A DNA stretch of 39,099 nt. Origin: an uncultured Ruminococcus sp. (GTDB taxonomy: Bacteria; Bacillota; Clostridia; Oscillospirales; Acutalibacteraceae). Location of the stretch: NCBI GenBank assembly GCA_902803385.1, contig CADCPT010000283.1, positions 1 to 39,099 on the forward strand, in the 5' to 3' direction. This document shows, one piece after another, positions 29,201-35,071 of the stretch (the first letter of the stretch is position 1; each line of letters opens with the position of its first letter). The notes under the pieces are model-generated. The model worked only from the letters and a program-made list of their open reading frames with translations. It searched no databases and had not been told where the DNA came from. A program made the position numbers and the translations under genes.

Positions 29201-32200
29201 TTGAAGTGACTGTTTACTGGGTGGACGATGAGGATTATCATAAGTATGCAACAAATGACGACAACAGAAAAATAACCTACACTGTCACAAGGTCTGTTGA
29301 AAATACGAATGATAACGAAAAACCGTACAGTAAAGTGGATACTGAGGATTACACTAATGCGGAAGTAGTTTATAGCGATCTTACAAATCAGCTCGTATAC
29401 AACTATGGAAACGAAAAGTATACCTACAGAGTTGAACAAAATCATCTTACAGGTTATATTACCGACTATCCTCCGGCAGCAAATTCCGAGGGAATAAATA
29501 CCGATAAGCAGACTGCCCAAGCGGTAGAAAAGGTTTCAGGTGAATCAGGCAGCGGCAAGACCCAGATGAACATCCGAAACACTCAGGTGACCGCTGATGT
29601 TGATTTTACCAAGGTCGATAAGACCTATAAGGATGAATTCAGCACAGCAACAGGCTACAGCCAGAAGGTCATCCCGGGAACAAGCTTCGATCTTAAAAAG
29701 TGGGATAATGACGGAAATGATGGTAACGATGTATCGATCCCGGTCACCCGTACTTCAACGACTGATAACGGCAAAACGAGATACACCTACACCTTCAACA
29801 CCTCGGGAACGGACTATATCGTTGCCGATGACTTCGGCGAAGTCAATTTCAAGGGTCTGCCGTTGAACAAATACTATCTGAAGGAGCTTACTGTTCCCAA
29901 GGGATTTGTTCTCGATACGAACAAGCTTGTATTCGAGCTTGACGAAAAGTGTGTTCTTGACCCGACAAACTATCCTGGCGATACGAGCAATGCAATGAGT
30001 TATGATTCAAAGCTCACCTTGCCCGGCGATGAACATCTTATCGCTGATGCAGAACAGCCGAGCAGTCTGTCTCTGACAAAACAGGGTATGGACGAAAACG
30101 GCGATATGGTTCCGCTTGAAAAAGCGACTTATCAGCTGTTGAGGCTCATCCCGTTCGAGCTTAACACCAACACAACGGTCACAGCGGCCGCCGAGACTGC
30201 CGCTCAGAACAGTGGCGGAACAAAGACAGCCGAGCAGTGCTACCTTGAAAGCGCAGCTAATGCAGTCAGGAATACGCCCTCTGATGTCAGCAAATACTGG
30301 ACATCTAGCTATAAGGATATCAATAATTCAGCTCAGACGACCACTTACCAGACAACTGTAAATGGCACTATACAGGCAAATGACCTTACCTTCGGCACAT
30401 ATGTATTCTATGAGGTCCAGGCGCCTGTGGGTTACAATATTGATCGCACTCTGGAGCCTGTTACGATCAATGCACAAACTATCGCGGCAGACTTCCCGTC
30501 TGTATCACCGCCGTACAGCTTTACATCAGTATATAAGCTGACGGAGGATACAACAGACGCTGCCGATGCAAGAGACACCGTGCATATCGATCCTCAGAAG
30601 GATGCGCATGTCCAGGTACAGAAAACCGACGAATTCGGCAATGCATTGAATGAAGCTGAATTTGAGCTGTATTATGATCCGGAGATCGAACCTCTTGTGA
30701 CCCCGAAATCTGACAATGATTATATTTTCTTTACTGATGTAAAAGAGAACCGTTGGATAACAGGTACAATAGAAACGTCTTCACCTAATAAGGGTAGGTT
30801 CAACATAGATGATGAAAATGCATTTGTCTATGCCTGCTATACTCTGTCTGATAACAGTACATCTATTGTGAAGATGGATGAAAGGTATGTTGTTCATTTC
30901 AATTCTGGAGATCAGGATTATGATGTTATCCATAAGATCCAACCTCCGGATAATGCTGTCAGTGTTTTCTTTATGAATGCTGAAACACTTGAAAGCTGTA
31001 CCAATAGGACTGTTGAAATGCCGCTGAAAAAAGGCTATGGCTATAAGAGAAGTGATAATACAACAACTTCTATCGGGGGTAAGTCAACATATGGTCTTAC
31101 AGAGTGGAAACTTACAACAAATGATCTGCTTGATGATGGTGTTACGGTTTCTTCAACTGTAGAATTCAAGCCTACCAATAATAAAGTAGTTATCTGTCTC
31201 GACAGTGGTTATGACTGGGATGATCTGCATATTTGCTTCTTTGATTCATCTGATAATCCTGTTGGTCAGACATTCCCGGGTTATATGCTTGAAAACTATA
31301 GCGGCATTAGAATCCAGAGCGGAGTATTTTATGAATTGACCATTCCTGAAGGTGCTTCTAAATTCAGCCTTAATAACGGTGCAAAAGAAAACGGTGATAT
31401 GAAATACTACAGTACAAATAAGTATAGTATTCTAACCAGTGCTGACTATCAGAATGGCGGCAACTATTATCATTTCACAGGAGACTTTACACAGGTTGGA
31501 GAAATAAAGGTATTTACTCTGGAACAATATACGAGTGCAATGCCCAGAACAGTAGCTTCAGGATCAAACGGTGAGATCTCAGATAATGACTATGTTTATT
31601 TCACTCATCCGGGAAGTCCTTATCAGTCGAAACTGTACGCATACTTCTACAACGCTGATGATACAGAATATCAGGCATGGCCCGGACTTCCTTCTGAAGG
31701 GACATATGTAAATGAGTATAGTCAGAATGTTTATAAGTTCAGGATTCCTGATGGTTATAGCTATGTTATTTTCAATGATAATAGTGGTAATCAGATACCT
31801 GCGAGTAATTCGAGTGAAAAAGTAGCTGCTGTAAGAGGTCGGGGATATTATATTAATGGCAATACTCTTGGACATTGGGTTCAAGCTGGCTTAGCTGTCA
31901 CGGAAACCTATACTGCGCTCTCTTCTACACTCGGTCTTGAAAAAAACATGTACATTTGTGAAACTTCAGGAAACTGGGATAGAATACATATTCTCTTCTA
32001 CGATTCAGACGGAAATGTTATCCACCAGTCGTCACCGGGTTACATACCGCAGTACATTGGAGTAGCCTCTGTATCCAATTCAAGCGGCAAATGCTACAGC
32101 ATTGTTATTCCGGATGATGCCGCAAGCTTCAAGGTCGTGAACAGTGATAATAACGGCATAGTAGCCTCCTCCTCCGCAGCTGTTTACCCCGGCGGCATTT

Positions 32201-34041
32201 ACACGATCGGAGCAAAGTCTTCCAATGCCAATATTACTCAGCATTCTCCGATCAAGGTCGCCACTCTTAAAACCGGCGACGACGGCTACACCAAGGTCAA
32301 CTCTGTTGAGCTTACAACGGCAGGGCGTGATTATGCATCAGTCGATACGGATAATAAGACCATAGTGCTTACGAAGTGGGGTAATTATTACTTCAAGGAA
32401 ACAAAGGCTCCAACGGGATATGAAATCACAAATGAGTATTATCCCTTCACTGTTGACAGTGCTGTTGCAAACCTTCCGCTTTATGTAGTAACAGCAAGCA
32501 ACAGCCGTAAGTTTGGTCTTGTGCAGCTTACTAAGATCTCTTCCGAGATTCTTAATGATACCGACGCCGGAACCGTACTCACTAATAACTCAAGCTTTGA
32601 GATGTATAAGTATGTTGACGGAACGTATGACGGAACAGCCGCACACGATCAGAAGATCGCGGTCAGATCCCTTACATCCGGCTCCTACGCATATGATGAC
32701 GGCGGAAGCAGTTATACACTTACGACCTCATCCGGTACGTTTACGGTATCCGGTCTGCCTTGGGGCAAGTACTATTTCAAGGAAACAAGCGCCCCAACAG
32801 GCTATAAGGTGAACGAAGACAATATCTACTTCACAGTCGGAAGAAACAGTCCGGAAATTGTTTCCGTATACTGTCAGGACGAGATCGTTCCTGCAAGCCT
32901 GAACATCAAAAAGGAGATAGATGATTGGGTAGATGAATGGGGAGATCCGACATTTATCTTCACGGTAAAGAATACCACTGCAGGCGCACGGAATTACGGG
33001 CGCGAGCAGAGGTTCAGTATTACCTTTGCATCCGGTGACAGAACTGAACGCAATTCAAGTAACAGGTTTGAAAAGACCATAGAAGATATCGAGCTCGAAC
33101 CCGGAAGCTATGAGGTGACTGAGCTTCAGGTCGCAAGATTCAGTTGTTCGGATGTTACTGTCACAGGCGGCAGTTCAACCTCTACTGTTTTGGCTGATCG
33201 TAAAGCTTCATTCACAGTTGCTGCAAACGATAACGTTACTGCAGCATATACAAATACGTTGAATTATTACGATAAGTTCAGCCATGCTGACAGTGTGACC
33301 AATGTATTTAATGGTATAAAGGGAATAGAAGTACAGTGTATAGCACCCGTTGATGTTCCCGACAGGATACTTGCTGCAAATGGTGTCCATTATGAAGAGG
33401 ATCTTACAAAGAGCAGCGTTCTCAGCGCTTACTTTGTAAAGGCTGACGGAACAAAGCAGCCTCTGACTAACGACCAACTCAAAAAGCTTACGATAACTTA
33501 TCCGGCTCAGAGCAATGATGATCCGTTCAGGATCACTGACAGCGGTAGCAATAAGGATACCTTCAAGCTTGTTACCGAACCTGTTATTTCCTCAGGCTGC
33601 GTATATGGGCTGAGAGCTTCCTATCAGTACGATCAGACTCATAGCTTCACCGATGATTTTAAGCTTACCTTCAAGGATAACAACAATATTGTTCAGAGGA
33701 CAGTTACCTTCAAGGCTGATGACAACGGTTACACTTATTTCGATCTCGGAAACGGTGAGACGACTGACGAACTGAAATTCACCTATTACATCGTCAATAA
33801 CGGCACCGCTAATGAGATCCATGCAGTCACCTACAAGGGTGTGATCCTCAGCGGAAAGCATGCGGATGTTATAACCTATGCTAATACAATAACCATCAAC
33901 TCAGGTTATTCCGGCTCATATCAGTTTGGCTCACAGAAATGGAATACTACAGGCAGTGTTCCGTATGCAAACCTTGATACAGGTATTCTTACTGCAAGCC
34001 GGGATATTGTATACACTATTAATGTTGTTACGATAACATAA
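17272..34041 (+). CDS. Giant secreted cell-surface adhesin-like protein (5589 aa). Order of parts: Sec signal peptide; ~175-aa non-repeat head; more than 20 CnaB-like (isopeptide-type) domains; SpaA/prealbumin-like domains; ~500-aa CBM25/26-like insert; ~385-aa unique C-terminal region. It has no LPXTG.
   Basis: This is one uninterrupted ORF. The signal peptide is MKKSIFKRFISSILALLMLISASPFDMTVFA/SDG. The CnaB-like domain-start motif xxKxWxDxxNxxxxRP recurs (IEKFWEDHNNEDGTRP, AKKVWNDENNLYGTRP, ATKVWSDQNNNFALRP, VQKNWIDFDNRYSLRP, FTKAWDDSSDKWGERP). The mid-domain motif LPKYDxxGxxxxYxVxE recurs (LPKYDNNGNEYIYFARE, LPKYDNKGKQIQYTVQE, LPKYDENGETYYYRVVE). Domain-end [IV][TR]N motifs are present. 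SpaA-like ends include GLPLNKYYLKELTVPKGFVLD, GTYVFYEVQAPVGYNID, WGNYYFKETKAPTGYEIT and WGKYYFKETSAPTGYKVN. The C-terminus is ...RDIVYTINVVTIT*. Confidence 0.9.
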   Translation: MKKSIFKRFISSILALLMLISASPFDMTVFASDGYVGIKNVVYTDRSSVKTRYLLKFYKEVYTRIPVENFDVLNPQYTFERSEVPVAFGPALNLGNNTYLERSDSNNQCELILKNGDDINLSGNQTLLSFFKNNAICRIDIVYDNNAPSNKADNSECLLYTNSTVDPEEANPDVYSASVTFTPQRNASGITYDFSSCNAVTFTSTTIDPVVVEQLWRDSGNNRPTEYLPSAFSLSRTTDGVSYESVTADSSSVEPITSNDINYIYKFPSYDDGNNKYTYKAVQSPSVLVRHEENKINDLKYENIGLTDVEFNIDWDDAARSTLRKTITPADLISYFDFYSIDSGVETQLTLDASKIEISGNKVTIKDVVEIGEDNAAVVYYIKPKNAQIAASTFLNNYSGIDDDVYGITADNPGVNSAVTDKVYLGNSQNCGSLRMLLKGDTEFGGTINWSDNADCDTERKDAVTNGAAGTFTLYRYINGHTDLVSQVGSWPIDAPDGENEDSYSFQFIDITNGNSTVLPKYDNNGNEYIYFARESVNKITAGGVDYQYNVSYSDFPTGTNLYYPFSSGGSYLGHVVFPNNATVTNTVSSSINIRVEAQWIAAALQGGEASVTYQVQKYTGSGWTNVGSSQTITDFSPERMHLSVDMGSFDKFDTNGDLNKYRVVQTSLSRKDSGQTGNYTYPVEMNYDANGDLVVTGGNIVNISSTGAESPASGESLYIMIGGHRFKISVTKSGSNYVYTYTLTDSVPLRINKDWKNIMIKRGADSSNTALLTGIWNSNVTLQLNIYDFTNNRYIAYTPNSDDRPAITGLDANGCLVLTSSDMISDTNERFSKILQNAPRYDKDGHENRYEIVEINATGVSGFYKLCTITNNDGYKDLKVDNIFSGDGETIEFEKIWINDDKQQYMTGIVNIEGSARAMPYYGPGEDNTVQFDFTNSKINAATAGMDDHDTATSLYNMYRNAYYSKWGCYPDEDTYVYNAPSGTDPGSGSETNGSIKWNDPGVTVGTKHFNDTLTDNDISHLQLSDEDAASLKNYAGYLGTGLSLTKDRSYRASLNVKDGYSNVNNDLSDKLNDFREYLPNHTASGKFFVPVSTIEETAKSAMLDGSTMLGKVVSTEDGNTHGTEITVTSGNNVGFQDCKNAIFVDDIDRFEWLSGVYAAQFGNYTHYYAVQEEPTVDNSCKLRKITFRNTMTGIINIKIDFEWALGDWLTAAAGADQITYVKVKLLANGQTVTFPSGSGTTDTITIRVSADLKTYYLRNLPKYDNKGKQIQYTVQEWEIQGKSVSNGQCVLNADNTCTVKVSTPTTDDYVNNKTSNSGDVIPITISNKFEGSTSIEIFKHWIDDNNAANTRSDLYISLWRHSTNTRTPVADSQQGEEYRWHKDYNNEYVNDWRYEFTGLDKYDADGFLYEYYVYENPTYLKPKEYETSYSNTGSHASGTYISYNGIDPGTAVVNAQNLPAKRCYNGGTITNQLKANKTITGDKLWQKTDDLVDKDYPVADVFLYKKSKVINSSDKFPTTPVMSSDGGYKLAYSVTEDSVDYNIELVNIVQIVNGQRNFNFDTAYILPKKQVGPGDSAYTTIDETKLVYVSNGDAGKNVDFVNCTGITSSPLNKYDDNGARVQYDLTERTINGYAFKISNQTIVNEYNGGDPVTVQFSKQWQNMTNNYDAYPNINVVLKQCYIGLTSKTDPTPAIKVSSTVSKEFGPSDFQTAGGDLNVPVTDPKLVKFAPNGMRFFCYFEEEMTDAQRIRTTTFRPTYELVTKAQLLSKLADGYKKVYPYASDFTTGRVTRPEKVYIIVKSGGTAVTVDKDGNNLSADLGGNVTSGADAEGMIELDVSGDGTIICDINDLPSGTYTVEAVKPDGSADTSTLCSFIQTDETDSSKLHVILARGDEFVSVKGNNNTTTECCIVRKASAETNKGLGFNCTIGDITPTGETTAAGSITNRYDPDDEENFEANITVTKKWQNYYTKTASGSQLSVNSNENASNSVFADVQDYSFVLSRHARFVDDTDAGKSLFKVWTNYNNTGKPSITDINSVDGFAITYSGSFYAYDSSDVPLSEPVDESQVSYYMTELQFTKTAYTSGVSGYIPVTVKVFKSDKKVVIHGLAVFAQTGVGYDYIVTEDNQTAHYNSNTLDETNKQINTSTKYVDFELKNNLKTFDLRLNKLFGTRYNDGSSDVVNALAPGEYAAYFNETFIGRLKFRLERKLGTAGTWQEYKTVNTNSGDITLTKSNGMYSCIFRYLPICDTSGTRYYYRIVETSQPGNDDHYTISYPSRADGSYTTDISTEASTASDTGLSLDPNNSGNYRSTQDLYVRNIFESKRVSIEKFWEDHNNEDGTRPTSLEVYLYEKVDSSVTGSYPSPNPYLITETLSSSENWSKNITLPQYYYNASTPIGDIKYTIREQTLSQAKQMLTTTVPDPQYPGDTTTTKTITVPDPEKKTAAEYGYSLTGYGYIIGGTKNQEGTSNTFNAPGTAYQGKNTQALDGTNSGSVTYNINGVDGFYLENSKPRMDTNLSFTKAWDDSSDKWGERPDYYYIKVVRRSENENDAPADPEAPSADPEADATTTPYDVVKYTYSYTSGNEYLISASDGTNTYTADASTGVIAIPKTVNTVNITHLAYGVSEGATDQINGTWSQYYYTVVECDEYGNDITAKLTYSTGNSTSDTRTLNTSKKLTFNYTVGSTYTKTYFHLRVKRTSDNEVVKTDINGVPLKMVVTYSKDGTIYTDEYAAGGAQHGIVADGVIVVPVPANDVTVVSAVIDGLPFGSKNGGTVTQYTYTVDQCDSSGTEPRNGVTINSIVCSDSGVQKAAVDMTFTKSWDENAVRNTLRSDNMYLRLYQKQEGVSGAAVPYYDASSLTLTIGETTYSSVGGLFTIPLADASESITGSISGLPSGDFLSNDTDGYSVWKPYIYYLEEYNNDSGTQKMDAASPYIPSYDGNTTPNGRVAPFEITQADPEDESSAYTKAELSRRIKNSLEPTEHIMQKTWIDDAESQDSRTAYTVKLQRKAGVAGSWNDVSFSAAGDVRYYDDSTEGSPLPIADGGTTAFTLLADKLNVIFKNLPKYDENGETYYYRVVESMVGTNNVVGSDNDQTKRYMFQIPNGTYVSKWHRGTENYYVDYVDTPAGEDTISKTEIRNEIVKNTVSFVHIEAKKVWNDENNLYGTRPESITYQLKRRIKTITKTGEGDEAVLEVTKSEDTTFNSKTDDTQKTVSEDDSWTAHWSHCAAFDVHGSEYEYYVEELSVSGYDQSGPEVTTTTDVNSELTQTNTFTNTPTNTESDPVLTNNRYRLDATKVWSDQNNNFALRPAKVTFTLYCKYDIWEYRDEEGEAIANPTPENRGTLTKADEGYDQPVYSAAVGDDPDDPDYVPEVVSAVYGRLSAADRAKLVQTLTVSEKVGSDTNTWRVTFTGLPTSVNTSATDMLAGKSVPVTYYVVETFKDSSDNDITATVKKTYRCADADDSCESSEVALGGADKTGDNGLSLTNTLDTRDITVTLKWVDNSYGNNKADRDSLHYNVAVSLTNSMLASTASGKTDEGLYKETKVIDTTHCKTQDSDPIKQGVIFKDLPIYDASGNIIIYSVSEELTTATAVAADQNGTFNGSGSSAAAEFTQNTSADKRQYGYNGSCTMNTAAGYGSDTYVTQYNITNELPLTAFDVQKNWIDFDNRYSLRPTTITDGNTTSSRTDYSTLYLSLQRKSGEASYAALEPNTAAKKEDRYTAASSGTSTGTWTYTYTKLLKYDKNNIIYSFNIVETQHRSYEAPRYCTSGNYDTVGAASTQELTGDSLTALANSAAKWNGTNKLSAKMQVTNKLDTREIKVTKTWNDNGYANDDSSVQNDLHYNIAVTLSNSALGCNENNRHDNSGKYKETKVLAANSTDALVFRELPRYFNDGSEIVYSIAEAKNETTAAATGTDVTATLETSAASDVAANVFTYDTVNRKYGYVGSCKERRDSSATPVVMQYDITNTLPLTDVEVTVYWVDDEDYHKYATNDDNRKITYTVTRSVENTNDNEKPYSKVDTEDYTNAEVVYSDLTNQLVYNYGNEKYTYRVEQNHLTGYITDYPPAANSEGINTDKQTAQAVEKVSGESGSGKTQMNIRNTQVTADVDFTKVDKTYKDEFSTATGYSQKVIPGTSFDLKKWDNDGNDGNDVSIPVTRTSTTDNGKTRYTYTFNTSGTDYIVADDFGEVNFKGLPLNKYYLKELTVPKGFVLDTNKLVFELDEKCVLDPTNYPGDTSNAMSYDSKLTLPGDEHLIADAEQPSSLSLTKQGMDENGDMVPLEKATYQLLRLIPFELNTNTTVTAAAETAAQNSGGTKTAEQCYLESAANAVRNTPSDVSKYWTSSYKDINNSAQTTTYQTTVNGTIQANDLTFGTYVFYEVQAPVGYNIDRTLEPVTINAQTIAADFPSVSPPYSFTSVYKLTEDTTDAADARDTVHIDPQKDAHVQVQKTDEFGNALNEAEFELYYDPEIEPLVTPKSDNDYIFFTDVKENRWITGTIETSSPNKGRFNIDDENAFVYACYTLSDNSTSIVKMDERYVVHFNSGDQDYDVIHKIQPPDNAVSVFFMNAETLESCTNRTVEMPLKKGYGYKRSDNTTTSIGGKSTYGLTEWKLTTNDLLDDGVTVSSTVEFKPTNNKVVICLDSGYDWDDLHICFFDSSDNPVGQTFPGYMLENYSGIRIQSGVFYELTIPEGASKFSLNNGAKENGDMKYYSTNKYSILTSADYQNGGNYYHFTGDFTQVGEIKVFTLEQYTSAMPRTVASGSNGEISDNDYVYFTHPGSPYQSKLYAYFYNADDTEYQAWPGLPSEGTYVNEYSQNVYKFRIPDGYSYVIFNDNSGNQIPASNSSEKVAAVRGRGYYINGNTLGHWVQAGLAVTETYTALSSTLGLEKNMYICETSGNWDRIHILFYDSDGNVIHQSSPGYIPQYIGVASVSNSSGKCYSIVIPDDAASFKVVNSDNNGIVASSSAAVYPGGIYTIGAKSSNANITQHSPIKVATLKTGDDGYTKVNSVELTTAGRDYASVDTDNKTIVLTKWGNYYFKETKAPTGYEITNEYYPFTVDSAVANLPLYVVTASNSRKFGLVQLTKISSEILNDTDAGTVLTNNSSFEMYKYVDGTYDGTAAHDQKIAVRSLTSGSYAYDDGGSSYTLTTSSGTFTVSGLPWGKYYFKETSAPTGYKVNEDNIYFTVGRNSPEIVSVYCQDEIVPASLNIKKEIDDWVDEWGDPTFIFTVKNTTAGARNYGREQRFSITFASGDRTERNSSNRFEKTIEDIELEPGSYEVTELQVARFSCSDVTVTGGSSTSTVLADRKASFTVAANDNVTAAYTNTLNYYDKFSHADSVTNVFNGIKGIEVQCIAPVDVPDRILAANGVHYEEDLTKSSVLSAYFVKADGTKQPLTNDQLKKLTITYPAQSNDDPFRITDSGSNKDTFKLVTEPVISSGCVYGLRASYQYDQTHSFTDDFKLTFKDNNNIVQRTVTFKADDNGYTYFDLGNGETTDELKFTYYIVNNGTANEIHAVTYKGVILSGKHADVITYANTITINSGYSGSYQFGSQKWNTTGSVPYANLDTGILTASRDIVYTINVVTIT
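27727..29590 (+). repeat. Diverged tandem duplication of a two-domain unit inside the giant gene (about 27727-28700 and 28704-29590).
   Basis: The translations are parallel. Unit 1 reads LTNTLDTRDITVTLKWVDNSYGNNKADRDSLHYNVAVSLTNS...KRQYGYNGSC...VTQYNITNELPLTAFDVQKNW. Unit 2 reads VTNKLDTREIKVTKTWNDNGYANDDSSVQNDLHYNIAVTLSNS...NRKYGYVGSC...VMQYDITNTLPLTDVEVTVYW. Confidence 0.8.
30712..32215 (+). other. Four starch-binding-module-like (CBM25/26-like) repeats inserted between SpaA-like domains of the giant protein. Approximate module starts are 30712, 31178, 31582 and 31945.
   Basis: Module 3 is DNDYVYFTHPGSPYQSKLYAYFYNADDTEYQAWPGLPSEGTYVNEYSQNVYKFRIPDGYSYVIFNDNSGNQIP. It has the pattern vYF..p..w..vyaYfw....... 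aWPG..m...g..Y.f.ip.....viFnd..g.Q typical of amylase-associated starch-binding modules. Modules 2 and 4 keep the frame but carry TFPGYML and SSPGYIP instead of WPG. Module 1 is weaker. Confidence 0.6.
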
Positions 34042-34262
34042 CCGAAAGGAGAGAGGGAAATGCCTCATGGTATCAGAATAAAAATTATAATACAAAGGGC
34101 TTTCTCTCTCCCGACGGCTTTGGCCTTTGCTCCGGAACAGTGTGACGGGATCTATGAAAACTATTTCAGACTATTGTTTATTAGTATTCTAAATAATTCT
34201 AAAGCATACGCTATTCAGAGAAACGTTCCTGCGTATGCTGCTGCAAACAGGAGATGATGAGT

Positions 34263-35066
34263 ATGAAAAATAAAAAACGGATCCTACCGATAATTGCTGT
34301 TTCGGCGATGCTCGTCATTCTCCTTGCATCCAGCTCGGTCGTTTCTTATCTTATGGATAACGATAACAAGGATAATGTAATAAAGATAGGCAAGGTCGAT
34401 CTTGAGCTTTCCGAAACGCTGTTCCAGAATAGTCAGGCGGTTGTACCGGGAAGCAAGATGGATAAAAATCCTGTTGTCACTAACAGCGGCACAGTTTCGG
34501 AGTATGTTTTCCTAAAGGTCACAGTGCCAAAGGCAAATGTCACCCTCCTTAATGAAAATGGCGAAACGAACGAAGGAAAACCGAAATATACCGGGACGAG
34601 AATAGTTGAATTGTTTCGTATAGGTTCTGATGGACCTGGCACTTCTACATCAACTAAAATTTCCGATATCCAGACAGGAGCACCTCCGGTCTCTGTAGAT
34701 AATGATATATATTATAATAAAGGAGACGGTACCAATAGCATTGAGGGTTGGTATTATCTAAGCACAAAAACCGAGGTCAATACCGATTCCGATGTTTATT
34801 ACTTTGGCTATAACAAAGCCCTTGCGCCTGATGACACCACTACCGACGGAACGAACGAAGCCGAAAGTACTATCACTTTGTTTGACAATATCCAGCTCAA
34901 GAGCTTTATCGAAGGGCAGGAATCGGGTAATGTCACAGTTGATGTTGTAGCTTATGGAATACAGAAGGACAATCTCACAGGTATTGATAATTCCGGTACA
35001 TATCTCAGCGACGCAGATATAGTCAAGGTGTTTGAAACTCTTATGAATAATTTGGGAGGAAGTTGA
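34263..35066 (+). CDS. TasA/BsaA/camelysin-like protein with a SipW-dependent-type signal peptide.
   Basis: The N-terminus is MKNKKRILPIIAVSAMLVILLASSSVVSYLMDNDNKDNVIKIGKVDLELSE...VVPGSKMDKNPVVTNSGTVSEYVFLKVTVP. It follows the pattern hydrophobic core, [ST]-[YF]-[LF]-x-D, N-x-[FI]-x-x-G-x-[VL]-x-[IL], then PG...KdP.V.N.G seen in TasA-family proteins. The C-terminal part has the motifs EGWYYL, YYFGYN and TLFDNIQL. I chose the ATG at 34263, 9 nt after AGGAG; the ORF-track start is 34254. Confidence 0.7.
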   Translation: MKNKKRILPIIAVSAMLVILLASSSVVSYLMDNDNKDNVIKIGKVDLELSETLFQNSQAVVPGSKMDKNPVVTNSGTVSEYVFLKVTVPKANVTLLNENGETNEGKPKYTGTRIVELFRIGSDGPGTSTSTKISDIQTGAPPVSVDNDIYYNKGDGTNSIEGWYYLSTKTEVNTDSDVYYFGYNKALAPDDTTTDGTNEAESTITLFDNIQLKSFIEGQESGNVTVDVVAYGIQKDNLTGIDNSGTYLSDADIVKVFETLMNNLGGS

Positions 35067-35071
35067 TCATT

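Noticed and set aside
28230-29215. Internal LPLTA and LPLTD motifs in the giant protein, considered as possible sortase signals.
   Set aside because: They lie mid-protein at CnaB domain boundaries (ITNxLPLTxxxV), with no following hydrophobic segment or basic tail. They are part of the inter-domain repeat consensus.
28837-29520. A 227-aa minus-strand ORF inside the giant gene. Many other 60-165-aa ORFs in alternative frames fall between 17672 and 33861.
   Set aside because: All are nested in the continuous 5589-codon frame, which has coherent domain repeats. They lack an RBS and any recognisable motif.
17272-34041. Dockerin, cohesin, SLH, LysM, thioester (TED) or vWA modules in the giant protein.
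   Set aside because: Reading the translation, I found no paired DxNxDGxxxxxD calcium loops, no TQxxIW/CxxQ thioester signature and no DxSxS MIDAS motif. The 'DxNGD'-like strings belong to the CnaB KYDxxG motif. An HMM scan is needed to be sure.
34060-34257. A 65-aa ORF in the spacer after the giant gene.
   Set aside because: It has no convincing RBS spacing, its composition matches the surrounding non-coding hairpin sequence, and it would overlap the RBS of the next gene. I treated it as non-coding, with low certainty.
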